From contig NZ_JAHBZY010000005.1 of assembly GCF_019635155.1 (NCBI RefSeq), positions 24,023 through 88,022 on the forward strand: a stretch of DNA of 64,000 nt. The letters are read 5' to 3'. Within the stretch, counting starts at the first letter, position 1, and the number at the start of each line of letters is the position of its first letter. The stretch is from Nitrosomonas sp. GTDB lineage: Bacteria; Pseudomonadota; Gammaproteobacteria; Burkholderiales; Nitrosomonadaceae. The translations under genes were made by a program, and so were the position numbers. Positions 1-9,738 of this stretch are shown here, piece after piece. The notes beneath the pieces were generated by a model, which had not been told where the DNA came from, did not search any database, and was given only the letters and a program-made list of their open reading frames with translations.

Positions 1-815
1 GTTCCGACTGGATGCATCGCGCCATGCAGGTTACTTCGATTGCCGCACAAACCATGGCGGCGCAAAGTCATGTGATTATTTGCGGTTATGGACGCAGCGG
101 TCAAAGCATTTCCCGGATTTTGGAGCAGGAAAGTATTCCTTTTATCGCATTGGATCTCGATCCGCATCGCATTCAGGAGGCAAGCCGTGCCGGTGAGTCG
201 GTGGTGTATGGCGATGCGGCGCGGCGCGAAGTATTGATCGCGGCCGGATTGATGCGTGCAAAAGTGCTCGTGGTGAGTTATTCCAATACCGTGTCCGCGC
301 TGAAAATACTGAAACATGTACAGGAATTGCGTCCGGATTTGGCGGTTGTGGTTAGAACGCAGGATGATGCCCATATTGATTTATTGAAAGAAGCGGGTGC
401 AACCGAAGTCGTTGCCGAAATCATGGAAGGCAGTTTGATGCTGGCTTCGCACGCACTGATGTTTGTCGATGTGTCGACCGTGCGGATCTTGCGCCGTATA
501 CGGGAAATTCGTGAGCAACGCTACAATCTGTTGCGCGGATTTTATTATGGTTTGGGCGGGATGGAAGATGACAATGAAAAGAATTTTCCCCGGCTGTTAA
601 CGATTACGATACCGCCGGATGCCGCTGCCATCAACAAAACATTAAAGGACATCGATCTTACCAGTTTGTCCGTTGAAGTAACCGCAGTACGGAGGCGTAA
701 TATTCGTGGACCGTTGCCGACGGATGCAACGCGATTGGAAGCAGGGGACGTAATCGTGCTGAGAGGAACACAAGAAAATCTTGCGGCTGCGGAAATTAAA
801 TTATTACAAGGTTAG
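1..815 (+). CDS. C-terminal part of a CPA2-family monovalent cation:proton antiporter (KefB/YbaL-like) with RCK TrkA-N and TrkA-C domains; the 5' end lies outside the window
   Basis: ORF 12..815 stays open in the same frame back to base 3. It has the Rossmann motif VIICGYGRSGQSI followed by ALDLD (TrkA-N) and a C-terminal TrkA-C-like segment (EAGDVIVLRG). Confidence 0.75.
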   Translation, partial: SDWMHRAMQVTSIAAQTMAAQSHVIICGYGRSGQSISRILEQESIPFIALDLDPHRIQEASRAGESVVYGDAARREVLIAAGLMRAKVLVVSYSNTVSALKILKHVQELRPDLAVVVRTQDDAHIDLLKEAGATEVVAEIMEGSLMLASHALMFVDVSTVRILRRIREIREQRYNLLRGFYYGLGGMEDDNEKNFPRLLTITIPPDAAAINKTLKDIDLTSLSVEVTAVRRRNIRGPLPTDATRLEAGDVIVLRGTQENLAAAEIKLLQG

Positions 816-1061
816 ACAATATTTTAAATAGAAAAAATGAAATGAAAATTAAGAAATCCCTATTTCCATTGTGACTTTTTGTGAAAAGATTTCAGTCATT
901 TACAGTATTTAAAAATGGACACTGCAGTGAAGAAAGTGTATATTCGCCGTTCCGCCCTTTGCTCTTTTTGAAGGGCAGGTGTTGGCGCAATCAGCGATTG
1001 CATCAACAAAATAGAATGGCGCATAAATTAAGCGCAAAGTTCATCATTTATGGAGGGAGAT

Positions 1062-2159
1062 ATGATTAAAGCTGTTCAAGCAATTGTTGGTTTAGGATTG
1101 CTTTGTTTTGCGGCATCGCAAGTAGCGGTAGCGCAAGACATTTCTAAATTGCCGCGGGTTAAACAAGAATTAGTGGCTCCGCCAAACGTTCCTGTACATG
1201 ACCAAGTTTCCAAAGGTCCGAAAATTGTTGAAGTAACCATGGAAACCGTTGAAAAATTGATCGAAGTTGCTCCAGGCGCGAAAGTATGGGCACTGACCTT
1301 CAATGGTAGCGTTCCTGGTCCGCTAATCGTTGTTCACGAAGGCGACTATGTTGAATTGACATTAAAAAATCCAAAATCAAGCACATTGGCGCATAACGTA
1401 GACTTCCATGCTGCTACCGGTGCATTGGGCGGTGCAGGTTTAACTCTGGTTCAACCAGGTGAAGAAGTTGTATTGCGTTGGAAAGCAATTAAACCAGGCG
1501 TATTCGTTTATCACTGCGCTCCTGGTGGAACCATGATTCCGTTCCACGTTATTTCTGGTATGAACGGCGCGATCATGGTATTGCCAAAAGGCGGCCTGAA
1601 AGACGAAAAAGGCAAACCATACCGTTATGACCGTGCATACTATATCGGTGAACAAGATTTCTATTTGCCTAAAGACAGCAGCGGCAAATTCAAAGAATAC
1701 GGTTCGCCAGCTGAAGGCATGGCTGATATGCTGGAAGTTGCTAAAGGACTTATCCCGACTCACGTAGTCTTCAATGGCGCGGTTGGTGCAATCACCGGCG
1801 ATAACGCACTGAAAGCTAAAGTAGGTGAAAAAGTTCTGTTTATCCATTCTCAAGCTAATCGCCCATCTTATCCGCACTTGATCGGTGGACACGGTGATCT
1901 GTACTGGGTAGGCGGTTCATTCAGCGATGTACCTCTGACCAGCCAAGAAACCTGGTTTGTACCAGCAGGTTCCGCAGTTGCTGCAGCCTATGAATTCCAT
2001 CAACCTGGTCTGCATGTATACCTCAGTCATAACCTGATTGAAGCGGTATTACTGGGTGCTGCCGCTCATATGAATGTTGAGGGCACATGGGATGATAGCA
2101 TCATGACTCAAGTTAAAAAGCCAGCCAGCTTTGATGCAAAAGCCGCAATGGACCACTAA
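1062..2159 (+). CDS. nirK: Copper-containing nitrite reductase NirK (periplasmic, signal peptide)
   Basis: Cu-ligand motifs are present: [37 protein letters not shown] (Cys-His-Met type 1 site), HLIGGHGD and SHNLIEA. The N-terminal signal peptide ends in VAVAQ. I prefer the ATG at 1062 because GGAGGGAG lies 3-10 nt upstream; the ORF-track start is 1050. Confidence 0.95.
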   Translation: MIKAVQAIVGLGLLCFAASQVAVAQDISKLPRVKQELVAPPNVPVHDQVSKGPKIVEVTMETVEKLIEVAPGAKVWALTFNGSVPGPLIVVHEGDYVELTLKNPKSSTLAHNVDFHAATGALGGAGLTLVQPGEEVVLRWKAIKPGVFVYHCAPGGTMIPFHVISGMNGAIMVLPKGGLKDEKGKPYRYDRAYYIGEQDFYLPKDSSGKFKEYGSPAEGMADMLEVAKGLIPTHVVFNGAVGAITGDNALKAKVGEKVLFIHSQANRPSYPHLIGGHGDLYWVGGSFSDVPLTSQETWFVPAGSAVAAAYEFHQPGLHVYLSHNLIEAVLLGAAAHMNVEGTWDDSIMTQVKKPASFDAKAAMDH

Positions 2160-2191
2160 TATTTGATTTAGTGTAACTTCAGTTATCATCG

Positions 2192-2230
2192 AAGGCCTCA
2201 ACCAATCCAGGTTGAGGCCTTTTGTATTTT
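2192..2230 (+). terminator. Rho-independent terminator of nirK
   Basis: A perfect 12-bp stem, AAGGCCTCAACC (2192-2203) / GGTTGAGGCCTT (2210-2221), with a 6-nt loop, followed by the T-rich tract TTGTATTTT. Confidence 0.8.
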
Positions 2231-2255
2231 CAGGTGCTTATATTCAAATCCTATC

Positions 2256-2783
2256 ATGTCGATTAAAACGCATATCCGCACGGTTCCGCATTATCCGCAT
2301 CATGGTATCATGTTTCGTGATATTACGACTTTACTGAAAGATCCGGTCGGGTTGCGCACGACGATACAAGAAATTGCGCATCGCTATGACACGATCGCAA
2401 TTGATAAAGTGGCTGGTATCGAATCGCGTGGTTTTATTATTGGTGCGCCGGTTGCGTATCAGCTAGGCAAGGGTTTTATACCGATTCGCAAGCAAAACAA
2501 GCTGCCTGCGGAAACGGTTGGACGAGATTATCAATTGGAATATGGCAGCGACCGGATCGAGATTCATGTCGATGCCATTCAACCGGGAGACCGGGTATTG
2601 CTGGTCGATGACTTGATTGCCACAGGCGGTACCGCGGAAGCGGCTGCCGGTCTGATTACGGATATGGGCGGTATAGTGGTTGAATGCTGTTTTGTGATTG
2701 ACTTGCCGGATGTTGGCGGCCGGGTACGTCTGGAGAATCTTGGTCATACAGTATTCGCGTTATGCGAATTTTCCGGTGGTTAG
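2256..2783 (+). CDS. apt: Adenine phosphoribosyltransferase
   Basis: PRPP-binding motif VLLVDDLIATGGTAEAA. The 175-aa length and the N-terminal PHYPHHGIMFRDIT pattern are typical of Apt. Confidence 0.95.
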   Translation: MSIKTHIRTVPHYPHHGIMFRDITTLLKDPVGLRTTIQEIAHRYDTIAIDKVAGIESRGFIIGAPVAYQLGKGFIPIRKQNKLPAETVGRDYQLEYGSDRIEIHVDAIQPGDRVLLVDDLIATGGTAEAAAGLITDMGGIVVECCFVIDLPDVGGRVRLENLGHTVFALCEFSGG

Positions 2784-2819
2784 TTACCCGAAGTGCACGC
2801 AACAAAAATTCACCCAAAC

Positions 2820-4205
2820 TCAAGCTTGCCGCAAAGCAGTTAACAATTTTTCGTGAATGCCGCCGAACCCGCCATTACTCATAATTAAAATGTGATCGCC
2901 TGGTCGTGCAATGGCCGCGATGTTTTGAATGAGGAGATTCAGATCATCGATGCAATCCGCCTTTTTATTTAATGCGGCCATTGCGGTTGTCGCCCACTGC
3001 GAATCCCGCGTAAAGCAAAAAACATGATCGGCCGCTTGCAGGCTGGCAGCGAGTTGATCCTTCCAAATCCCCATTTTCATGGTATTTGAGCGCGGCTCCA
3101 AGACTGCAATAATTCTATCCTCATTGACATGTGCGCGCAGACCATCCAAAGTCGTTCGAATGGCAGTCGGATGATGTGCGAAATCATCATAAATCGTAAT
3201 GTCATTCACCGTGCCGCGTATTTCCATGCGGCGTTTTACGCTTCTGAATTGCGCTAACGCTTCGAGTCCGATATTGACCGATACGCCCGCATGCCGGGCA
3301 GCGATCAGTGCTGCGAGCGCATTCATCCGGTTGTGTTCGCCCAATAAATCCCATTGCAGCAATCCTTGATAACCGGTATTTGAATAAACTTCGGTATTAG
3401 TTTTCAATGATCGCGTGTGCCAACCGGATTCAGTTCCAAAGTATTCAATCGGCGTCCAACATCCTTGCTCCAACACGTGCTTCAGATTACTGTCTGTTCC
3501 ATTGACGGCAATCAAACCATTATTGGGAATAATCCGTACAAGATGATGGAATTGTCTTTTTATTGCTTCAAGATTCGGGAAAATATCGGCATGATCGAAT
3601 TCAAGGTTATTCAAAACGACTGTTCTGGGATGATAGTGAACGAATTTTGAACGTTTATCAAAGAATGCCGTGTCGTATTCATCCGCTTCGATGACAAAGA
3701 AGGGGGAAGCTTCGGTAGCATTCGACCCAACCTGGGTTGAAGGTGGTGATAAGTTTCCAACGCATGCTGATATACCGAAATTTTCCGGTATGCCGCCGAT
3801 GAGAAATCCGGGATTTAAACCGGCGTACTGCAATATCCAAGCCAGCATGGAGCTGGTCGTGGTTTTGCCATGTGTGCCGGCAACCGCGAGTACCCAGCGT
3901 TTTCTAAGAATATTGTCCGACAGCCATTGCGGACCCGAAACATACGGTAAGTTCCTGTTGAGAATTTCCTCCATTAAGGGATTGCCGCGCGAAATTACAT
4001 TACCGATTACAAATAGGTCCGGTTGCATAGTAATTTGCTCGGGTGAATAGCCTGCAATCAACTGAATGCCCTGTGATTCAAGCTGCGTGCTCATGGGCGG
4101 ATAAACATCCTGATCGCAGCCGGTAACGGTGTGTCCGGATTCGCGGGCAATGGCGGCGATGCCGCCCATGAAAGTGCCGCAGATCCCAAGAATATGAATA
4201 TGCAT
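2820..4205 (-). CDS. mpl: UDP-N-acetylmuramate:L-alanyl-gamma-D-glutamyl-meso-diaminopimelate ligase (murein peptide recycling)
   Basis: N-terminus MHIHILGICGTFMGGIAAIA, Mur-ligase P-loop AVAGTHGKTTTSSM, 461 aa. Confidence 0.92.
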   Translation of the reverse strand: MHIHILGICGTFMGGIAAIARESGHTVTGCDQDVYPPMSTQLESQGIQLIAGYSPEQITMQPDLFVIGNVISRGNPLMEEILNRNLPYVSGPQWLSDNILRKRWVLAVAGTHGKTTTSSMLAWILQYAGLNPGFLIGGIPENFGISACVGNLSPPSTQVGSNATEASPFFVIEADEYDTAFFDKRSKFVHYHPRTVVLNNLEFDHADIFPNLEAIKRQFHHLVRIIPNNGLIAVNGTDSNLKHVLEQGCWTPIEYFGTESGWHTRSLKTNTEVYSNTGYQGLLQWDLLGEHNRMNALAALIAARHAGVSVNIGLEALAQFRSVKRRMEIRGTVNDITIYDDFAHHPTAIRTTLDGLRAHVNEDRIIAVLEPRSNTMKMGIWKDQLAASLQAADHVFCFTRDSQWATTAMAALNKKADCIDDLNLLIQNIAAIARPGDHILIMSNGGFGGIHEKLLTALRQA

Positions 4206-4389
4206 GCTTGGATTTTTTGTAAGAATGATTACATCAAGTAAAAAATATGATTGTGAATGCCAATCGTTCGGAATTATAGTTTATCTATTGAGTGCCTAGA
4301 GGATGTTTGGGAATATTGTGGTGGTATAAACTGAATCATTCCGCCGGTATTGATCATATTTCTATTTTTTGTAATTCTTTCTTGAAAAT

Positions 4390-5277
4390 ATGCGATTAGC
4401 CGAACAATCTTATCGTGGACGATTTGCACCCTCGCCGACCGGACCTTTACATTTCGGTTCTTTGGTTGCGGCAATGGGGAGTTATCTCGATGCGAAGTTC
4501 CACAATGGTAAATGGCTGGTCAGGATTGAAGATGTTGATTGCCAGCGGGCGATGCCTGGAGCGGTAAGTGAAATTCTAACGGTGCTGGAAAGCTTTGGAT
4601 TCGAATGGGATGAAGAAGTGGTTTATCAGAGTCGGCGTTCGGATGCGTATCGGTATGCATTGAGTGTTTTGGAACAACGTAATCGTATATATCCTTGTGC
4701 TTGTTCAAGAAAGGAAATTGCGGATTCCAGTATCCGAGGGTTAGGCGGTCTCATTTATCCGGGAACATGCCGGGATCATCCGCCTCGCGGAAAAGAGTCA
4801 TATGCAATGCGAATTCGAGTAACCGATGAAATAATTTTGTTTCACGATCGAATCAAAGGTTCTTATTCGCAGAAACTGAGCAGTGATATCGGTGATTTCG
4901 TCTTGCGCCGGGCGGACGGCATCTTTTCTTATCAATTAGCTGTCGTGACGGATGATGCGCTGCAGAATATTACGCATGTCGTACGTGGCGCCGATCTTCT
5001 TGACTCAACGCCGCGCCAGATTTTCTTGCAGCGCCTGCTCGGTTTTCCGACGCCGCACTATCTGCATCTACCGGTTGTAACCAATGCATTCGGCGAAAAA
5101 CTCAGTAAGCAAACAAACGCTGCGCCGATTCAAGTCGAAAACGCTTTGCCGCAACTGATTAAATCGCTGCAATTCTTGGGGCAACCAACACCGGTTGAAA
5201 TGATGGAAGGTGATATCGCTTCTTTCTGGCAATGGGCTCAACAAAACTGGCGAGTGCATCGTGTTCCAAGTTCATGA
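4390..5277 (+). CDS. gluQ: tRNA glutamyl-Q(34) synthetase (truncated GluRS paralogue)
   Basis: Class I aaRS HIGH-type motif RFAPSPTGPLHFGSL and a KLSKQ KMSKS-like motif. The 295-aa size lacks an anticodon-binding domain. Confidence 0.9.
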   Translation: MRLAEQSYRGRFAPSPTGPLHFGSLVAAMGSYLDAKFHNGKWLVRIEDVDCQRAMPGAVSEILTVLESFGFEWDEEVVYQSRRSDAYRYALSVLEQRNRIYPCACSRKEIADSSIRGLGGLIYPGTCRDHPPRGKESYAMRIRVTDEIILFHDRIKGSYSQKLSSDIGDFVLRRADGIFSYQLAVVTDDALQNITHVVRGADLLDSTPRQIFLQRLLGFPTPHYLHLPVVTNAFGEKLSKQTNAAPIQVENALPQLIKSLQFLGQPTPVEMMEGDIASFWQWAQQNWRVHRVPSS

Positions 5278-5442
5278 AAATGACTGGCCGCGATGAATCG
5301 AAGCTATTCAAGCGCTATTTGTGCTAGTCTGTACACTGGATGGATAAGTGACCGAAGCTGTCTTTTTGGAAACATAGAAAGCCCGGCGATGCTGTAATGA
5401 CAAGGGCTTGTATTTTTCTGTTTGGTTGAGGAAGGAAATATT

Positions 5443-6606
5443 GTGGTTTTTTTGCCGTTTAGTTTCACGCAACAAAAAAAAATAAAAGTAGTGATTGTAG
5501 GCGGTGGCTATGCCGGATTGGCGGCATTAACGAATCTCTTGCAGTTTGCTCCGGATACGGACATCACAATCATTGACCCGCGGTCGTATCATATCAAGAT
5601 GACGCATTTGCACGAAACGTTCCGGTATCCCTTATCGGATCTGCTGGTTCCTTTTGAAACAATAGAAAAACGTTACGGTTGCCGGCATATTCAGGCATCT
5701 TTCCAGATTGATTCGGAAGCTTTACGGATCTGCCAGGATAATAAGCGATTGGTTGTCAATGATGAGATGGTCGATTTCGATTATTTGATCATTGCTTCCG
5801 GTTGTGAAAGTAAAGCCATTGATTCTGCCGGAGCTTCGAATATTTTGACGCTGAGCAATTTCACAACTGTCAGCGGTTCCGATTTGCTGCCAAATAGATT
5901 GAGTGACTACGATCAGCCGGTGCCATCGATTTCCGTTGTTGGCGGAGGCGCAACGGGCATACAATTTCTTTTTGAGATTCAGCAATTTCTTCTTCGTATT
6001 AATAAAAGAGCCAAATTATCTTTAATCCATTCAGGGAATCATGTGCTTGAGCAATTCCCGGCCGGTTTCGGCACCTATGTCGAATCGCGTATGGATGACA
6101 TGGATATTGCCTTCTATCCAAATATTTATTATTGTGAACAGCAAGTGGATCAAGTTTTATTGATCGACAAAGAAACGAAAGCGCAAAAAATGCTGCCCTC
6201 CGATCTGGCTATTTTATTTTTGGGCAAGAAACAGCAACATACTCTCTCTGCCAATGCGTTTGGCCAGATTCTTGTTGATCAGAAACCCTTGCATAACATT
6301 TTTACAGCCGGGGATTGCTCGCATTATCAATCACTTGGATCGAATACACTGACGGCGCAATCAGCGGTTCGGAAAGGTAAACTGGTGGCGCGCAACATTC
6401 TAAGGCACGCCGGTATCCCAGGATTGCTTGAACCGTATCTTCACCATGAATTAGGATATGTTGTGAGTTTAGGAGCTTCGGATGCAGTGGGATGGCTGGT
6501 TGCGGAAAGCAATATGATCACCGGAATGCCAGCCTTAACCATTAAAGAGCTAGTAGAAGCGCAATATGACTTATTATTGGCAGGAATCGATACTTACGTA
6601 GTTTAG
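5443..6606 (+). CDS. FAD/NAD(P)-binding pyridine-nucleotide-disulfide oxidoreductase, NDH-2-like
   Basis: Two dinucleotide folds: KVVIVGGGYAGLAAL and ISVVGGGATGIQF. The start is uncertain: GTG at 5443 follows GAGGAAGGA, while the ORF track uses TTG at 5422. Confidence 0.7.
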   Translation: MVFLPFSFTQQKKIKVVIVGGGYAGLAALTNLLQFAPDTDITIIDPRSYHIKMTHLHETFRYPLSDLLVPFETIEKRYGCRHIQASFQIDSEALRICQDNKRLVVNDEMVDFDYLIIASGCESKAIDSAGASNILTLSNFTTVSGSDLLPNRLSDYDQPVPSISVVGGGATGIQFLFEIQQFLLRINKRAKLSLIHSGNHVLEQFPAGFGTYVESRMDDMDIAFYPNIYYCEQQVDQVLLIDKETKAQKMLPSDLAILFLGKKQQHTLSANAFGQILVDQKPLHNIFTAGDCSHYQSLGSNTLTAQSAVRKGKLVARNILRHAGIPGLLEPYLHHELGYVVSLGASDAVGWLVAESNMITGMPALTIKELVEAQYDLLLAGIDTYVV

Positions 6607-6627
6607 TGCATCCTGCGGGAGACAAAT

Positions 6628-7107
6628 ATGCTTGGTTTGTTCAAAGATAATCCGGTAATTGGCAAGGCCAGTACAATCATTCAGAGTCCGCCCGATAAGC
6701 TTTTTGATTTTATTGGGAATAATTTGCTCGTCAATTATCCCCGGTGGTCGCCGGAAGTTAAAGAGTTGGAGAAAATCACGGATGGTCCTATCAACTTAGG
6801 AACGATATGCCGGCAAGTGCGAATAGATCAAGGCAATCGCTCGGAATCGACATTTAAAGTCAAAGTGTTCGATAACGGATCGCGTATTTGTTTCGAAGGT
6901 GTTTCCAATCCTTACCGGTGCGATTATTTGATTGAGTCGATCAATCCGCTGGACAGCCGCATCACTTTTATTTTCGAATTGCTTCGTTTGGATTTGCACG
7001 TTAGGCCATTTGAAAAGTTGGTACGCATCGCGGTTCAAGATGGCACTGAAAGAACAGTCATAAATATTAAAAAATTAATCGAAGCAGATCAGGCCAGTTT
7101 AAATTAA
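6628..7107 (+). CDS. SRPBCC (START/polyketide-cyclase-like) family protein
   Basis: 159 aa with no signal peptide. Its size and sequence pattern resemble small ligand-binding SRPBCC proteins. This is a weak motif-level assignment. Confidence 0.5.
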   Translation: MLGLFKDNPVIGKASTIIQSPPDKLFDFIGNNLLVNYPRWSPEVKELEKITDGPINLGTICRQVRIDQGNRSESTFKVKVFDNGSRICFEGVSNPYRCDYLIESINPLDSRITFIFELLRLDLHVRPFEKLVRIAVQDGTERTVINIKKLIEADQASLN

Positions 7108-7161
7108 TCAGACATGATTGTGCCTTAGTAAGCGAATTGTTGGTTAACTTGGAGAAAAATC

Positions 7162-7614
7162 ATGGATTTTATCGTTGAAAAAGACCCTGGACTCATTCCG
7201 CAAGTATTGTCCAAGATTCTTGATTCATGTGTAAATGGGGTAACTTTGGCGGATCCGGATCAAGATGACATGCCTTTGGTGTATGTCAACAAAGCCTTTG
7301 AACAAATCACCGGCTATACGCTGGAAGAAACGGTCGGAAAGAATTGCCGTTTTTTACAAGGTAATGAACACGATCAAGCAGGTGTTCAGCAACTGCGCGA
7401 CGCGATAAAAAATAGAAAACCTGTTGAAGTGGTGTTACGCAATTATCGCAAAAACGGTGAATTATTCTATAACCATTTGTTGATCTCTCCGCTCTTCGAT
7501 TCGCACGGCAATCTGCTTTATTTTCTCGGCGTGCAGTTCGATATCACACCGCGAATTCATGCGGAAGAAGAAATTAGGTCGCTTAAAGAACAGTTAGCTG
7601 CACTCAAGAAATAA
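7162..7614 (+). CDS. Short LOV (light-oxygen-voltage) blue-light photoreceptor: a single PAS/LOV core plus a C-terminal J-alpha/coiled-coil helix, with no effector domain
   Basis: Canonical LOV signature GKNCRFLQG with the adduct-forming Cys, followed by VLRNYRKNGELFYNHLLISP and FLGVQFDIT. The 150-aa architecture resembles the Pseudomonas putida short LOV proteins. Confidence 0.85.
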   Translation: MDFIVEKDPGLIPQVLSKILDSCVNGVTLADPDQDDMPLVYVNKAFEQITGYTLEETVGKNCRFLQGNEHDQAGVQQLRDAIKNRKPVEVVLRNYRKNGELFYNHLLISPLFDSHGNLLYFLGVQFDITPRIHAEEEIRSLKEQLAALKK

Positions 7615-7900
7615 GTTTCCAGGCGCATGCGCTCATTGTTCGTCAATGAACATGGTAATTCCGAAATGCCTCTGCATCTGATCCGAAGTTTTTCCGGATT
7701 TGTCCTTACTTTTTCATAAAAAAACCACTTCGGTGAGTTTCTTACGTATAGCATACCTTGCAGATATTAATTAAGAATAACGGAATGGATGATAGAAGGT
7801 GAGTATTGGACGGTTTTTAATTTTTTGGATAAGATGACATTCAATCTCGATGGCGGACATTATGCCTATCCTGTTTTAATATGCTTAGGGAGTTCTAATA

Positions 7901-9061
7901 ATGGCAAAAATTTTGTGTGTTCTTTATCCTGATCCCGAAGGCGGTTATCCACCCTCATATGCCCGCGACGATATCCCGGTCATTACACATTATGCTAACG
8001 GCCAGACTGTTCCGAATCCGAAAGGACCGCTGGGTTTCAAGCCGGGAGAGTTGGTGGGCTGTGTTTCCGGTGAGCTCGGACTGCGTCCCTATCTTGAAAA
8101 AAATGGTCATGAGCTGATCGTCACCAGTGACAAAGATGCGCCTGATTCGGTTTTCGAGCAACATTTACCCGATGCTGAAATTGTGATCTCCCAACCCTTC
8201 TGGCCGGCCTATCTAACCAAGGAACGCATTGCCAAAGCAAAGAAGCTGAAACTGGCATTGACTGCCGGTATCGGTTCCGATCATGTCGATTTGGAAGCCG
8301 CGGCACAAGCGGGGGTTACGGTAGCCGAAGTCACGGGATCGAATAGTATCAGCGTGGCTGAACACGTGGTGATGATGGTGCTTTCGTTGGTGCGGAACTA
8401 CCTGCCTTCACACGAAATAGCCGTTAAGGGCGGTTGGAATATCGCCGACTGTGTGCAGCGTAGCTACGATGTCGAAGGTATGCATTTCGGTGCCATCGCA
8501 GCAGGCCGGATTGGTCTGGCGGTGCTTCGCAGGCTCAAACCCTTCGGTCTGCACCTGCATTACACCGACCCGCATCGTCTGAGTCCTGACATCGAGAAAG
8601 AATTAGATCTGATGTTTCATCCGGATGTGGAATCGTTGATTAAGGTCGTCGATATCGTCAATCTGCAAATGCCGCTTTATCCTTCGACGGAGCATTTCTT
8701 TAATGATGCCATGTTCGCCAAAATGAAGCGTGGTGCATATCTGATTAACACCGCGCGCGGTAAATTGGTTGAGCGTGATGCAGTGGTGCGTGCGCTTAAA
8801 TCCGGTCATCTGGGAGGATATGCGGGTGATGTATGGTTCCCGCAACCGGCGCCGGCCGATCATCCATGGCGGACAATGCCGTGGAATGGTATGACGCCGC
8901 ATATATCTGGTACATCCCTCTCCGCGCAAACGCGCTATGCGGCAGGAACGTTGGAGATTCTGGAGAATTATTTCGAAGGTACGCCCATGCGTGAGGAGTA
9001 CCTGATTGTTGACGGTGGCAAGCTGGCGGGAACAGGCGCTTCTTCCTATAAACTGACTTAG
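7901..9061 (+). CDS. fdh: NAD-dependent formate dehydrogenase (metal-independent, D-2-hydroxyacid dehydrogenase superfamily)
   Basis: Near-collinear with the Pseudomonas sp. 101-type FDH as I recall it: MAKILCVLYPDPEGGYP, VISQPFWPAYLT, TAGIGSDHVDL, AAGRIGLAVLRRL, GDVWFPQPAP.DHPWR. Confidence 0.93.
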   Translation: MAKILCVLYPDPEGGYPPSYARDDIPVITHYANGQTVPNPKGPLGFKPGELVGCVSGELGLRPYLEKNGHELIVTSDKDAPDSVFEQHLPDAEIVISQPFWPAYLTKERIAKAKKLKLALTAGIGSDHVDLEAAAQAGVTVAEVTGSNSISVAEHVVMMVLSLVRNYLPSHEIAVKGGWNIADCVQRSYDVEGMHFGAIAAGRIGLAVLRRLKPFGLHLHYTDPHRLSPDIEKELDLMFHPDVESLIKVVDIVNLQMPLYPSTEHFFNDAMFAKMKRGAYLINTARGKLVERDAVVRALKSGHLGGYAGDVWFPQPAPADHPWRTMPWNGMTPHISGTSLSAQTRYAAGTLEILENYFEGTPMREEYLIVDGGKLAGTGASSYKLT

Positions 9062-9435
9062 ATTTTTTTATCGATCGGCGGATTGCCATCATCTGCATGC
9101 GATGCGATGTCTGGAGTTGCCGCATCCGGTGTTGATAGAATTTCTCTAAGGAAACTCTGAGTATCATTCGCGAGCCATCGCTTTAGCGCTATTTGCAGCG
9201 GCTTTTCTATTTATTGATCTATCGTTCGATATTGCTTACCAGCTTCATCCGTTCAGCTGACGTGAGCTATCTGGCTTTTTCTAACACTGCAGCAGCATAA
9301 ACAACACCAAGGGAAAATGGTTTTTTCTTTGTTATGGATCTCATAGCGAACCGTCAATAGAAAGCGTAAAGCGATTGCTTGAATACAGGTTATTTGGTCG
9401 GATTTACCGGATTGTTGCGGAAGTATGCGGATTTA

Positions 9436-9526
9436 TGGCGGAGGCGGTGAGATTCGAACTCACGGTAGAGTCACCCCTACGGCAGTTTTCAAGACTGCTG
9501 CCTTAAACCAGCTCGGCCACACCTCC
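9436..9526 (-). tRNA. tRNA-Ser (anticodon UGA), encoded CCA end, long variable arm
   Basis: The reverse complement reads GGAGGTG..GCCGAGCTGGTTTAAGGC..GCAGT-CTTGAAA-ACTGC..long variable arm..GAGTTCGAATCTC..CACCTCC-G-CCA. This gives a cloverleaf with anticodon TGA. Confidence 0.92.
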
Positions 9527-9738
9527 TTGTTACATCAACTGCGCATCATACCTTTTAGCGCCGCTTTTGGCTAGTTGCATCAAGCGTAATTTTTTCTCTA
9601 AACGAAACAACTCGTAAGAAGATTCCAGAAAAAATCGCTGGATCCGTTGTATTACTGGCAATTAGCCTTTTACCGGTTATGCCGGTTCTTCAGATACAAT
9701 TTCAATAAACCAGAGCGTATTCCAGAAGGGTAAATAAC

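Noticed and set aside
970-1012. Possible FNR/NnrR- or NsrR-type operator upstream of nirK (TTGGCGCAATCAG, GATTGCATCAAC)
   Set aside because: The half-site spacing is wrong (5 instead of 6 nt between TTG and ATCA) and the half-sites are poor. No 11-1-11 NsrR-like inverted repeat is visible.
881-1069. 62-aa ORF upstream of nirK
   Set aside because: It has no RBS and an odd composition, and it overlaps the nirK RBS and start. It is most likely promoter/leader sequence.
7162-9526. Possible genomic island integrated at the 3' end of tRNA-Ser (LOV + FDH block)
   Set aside because: I found no integrase, no direct repeat of the tRNA 3' end, and no mobility genes. The adjacency alone is not evidence.
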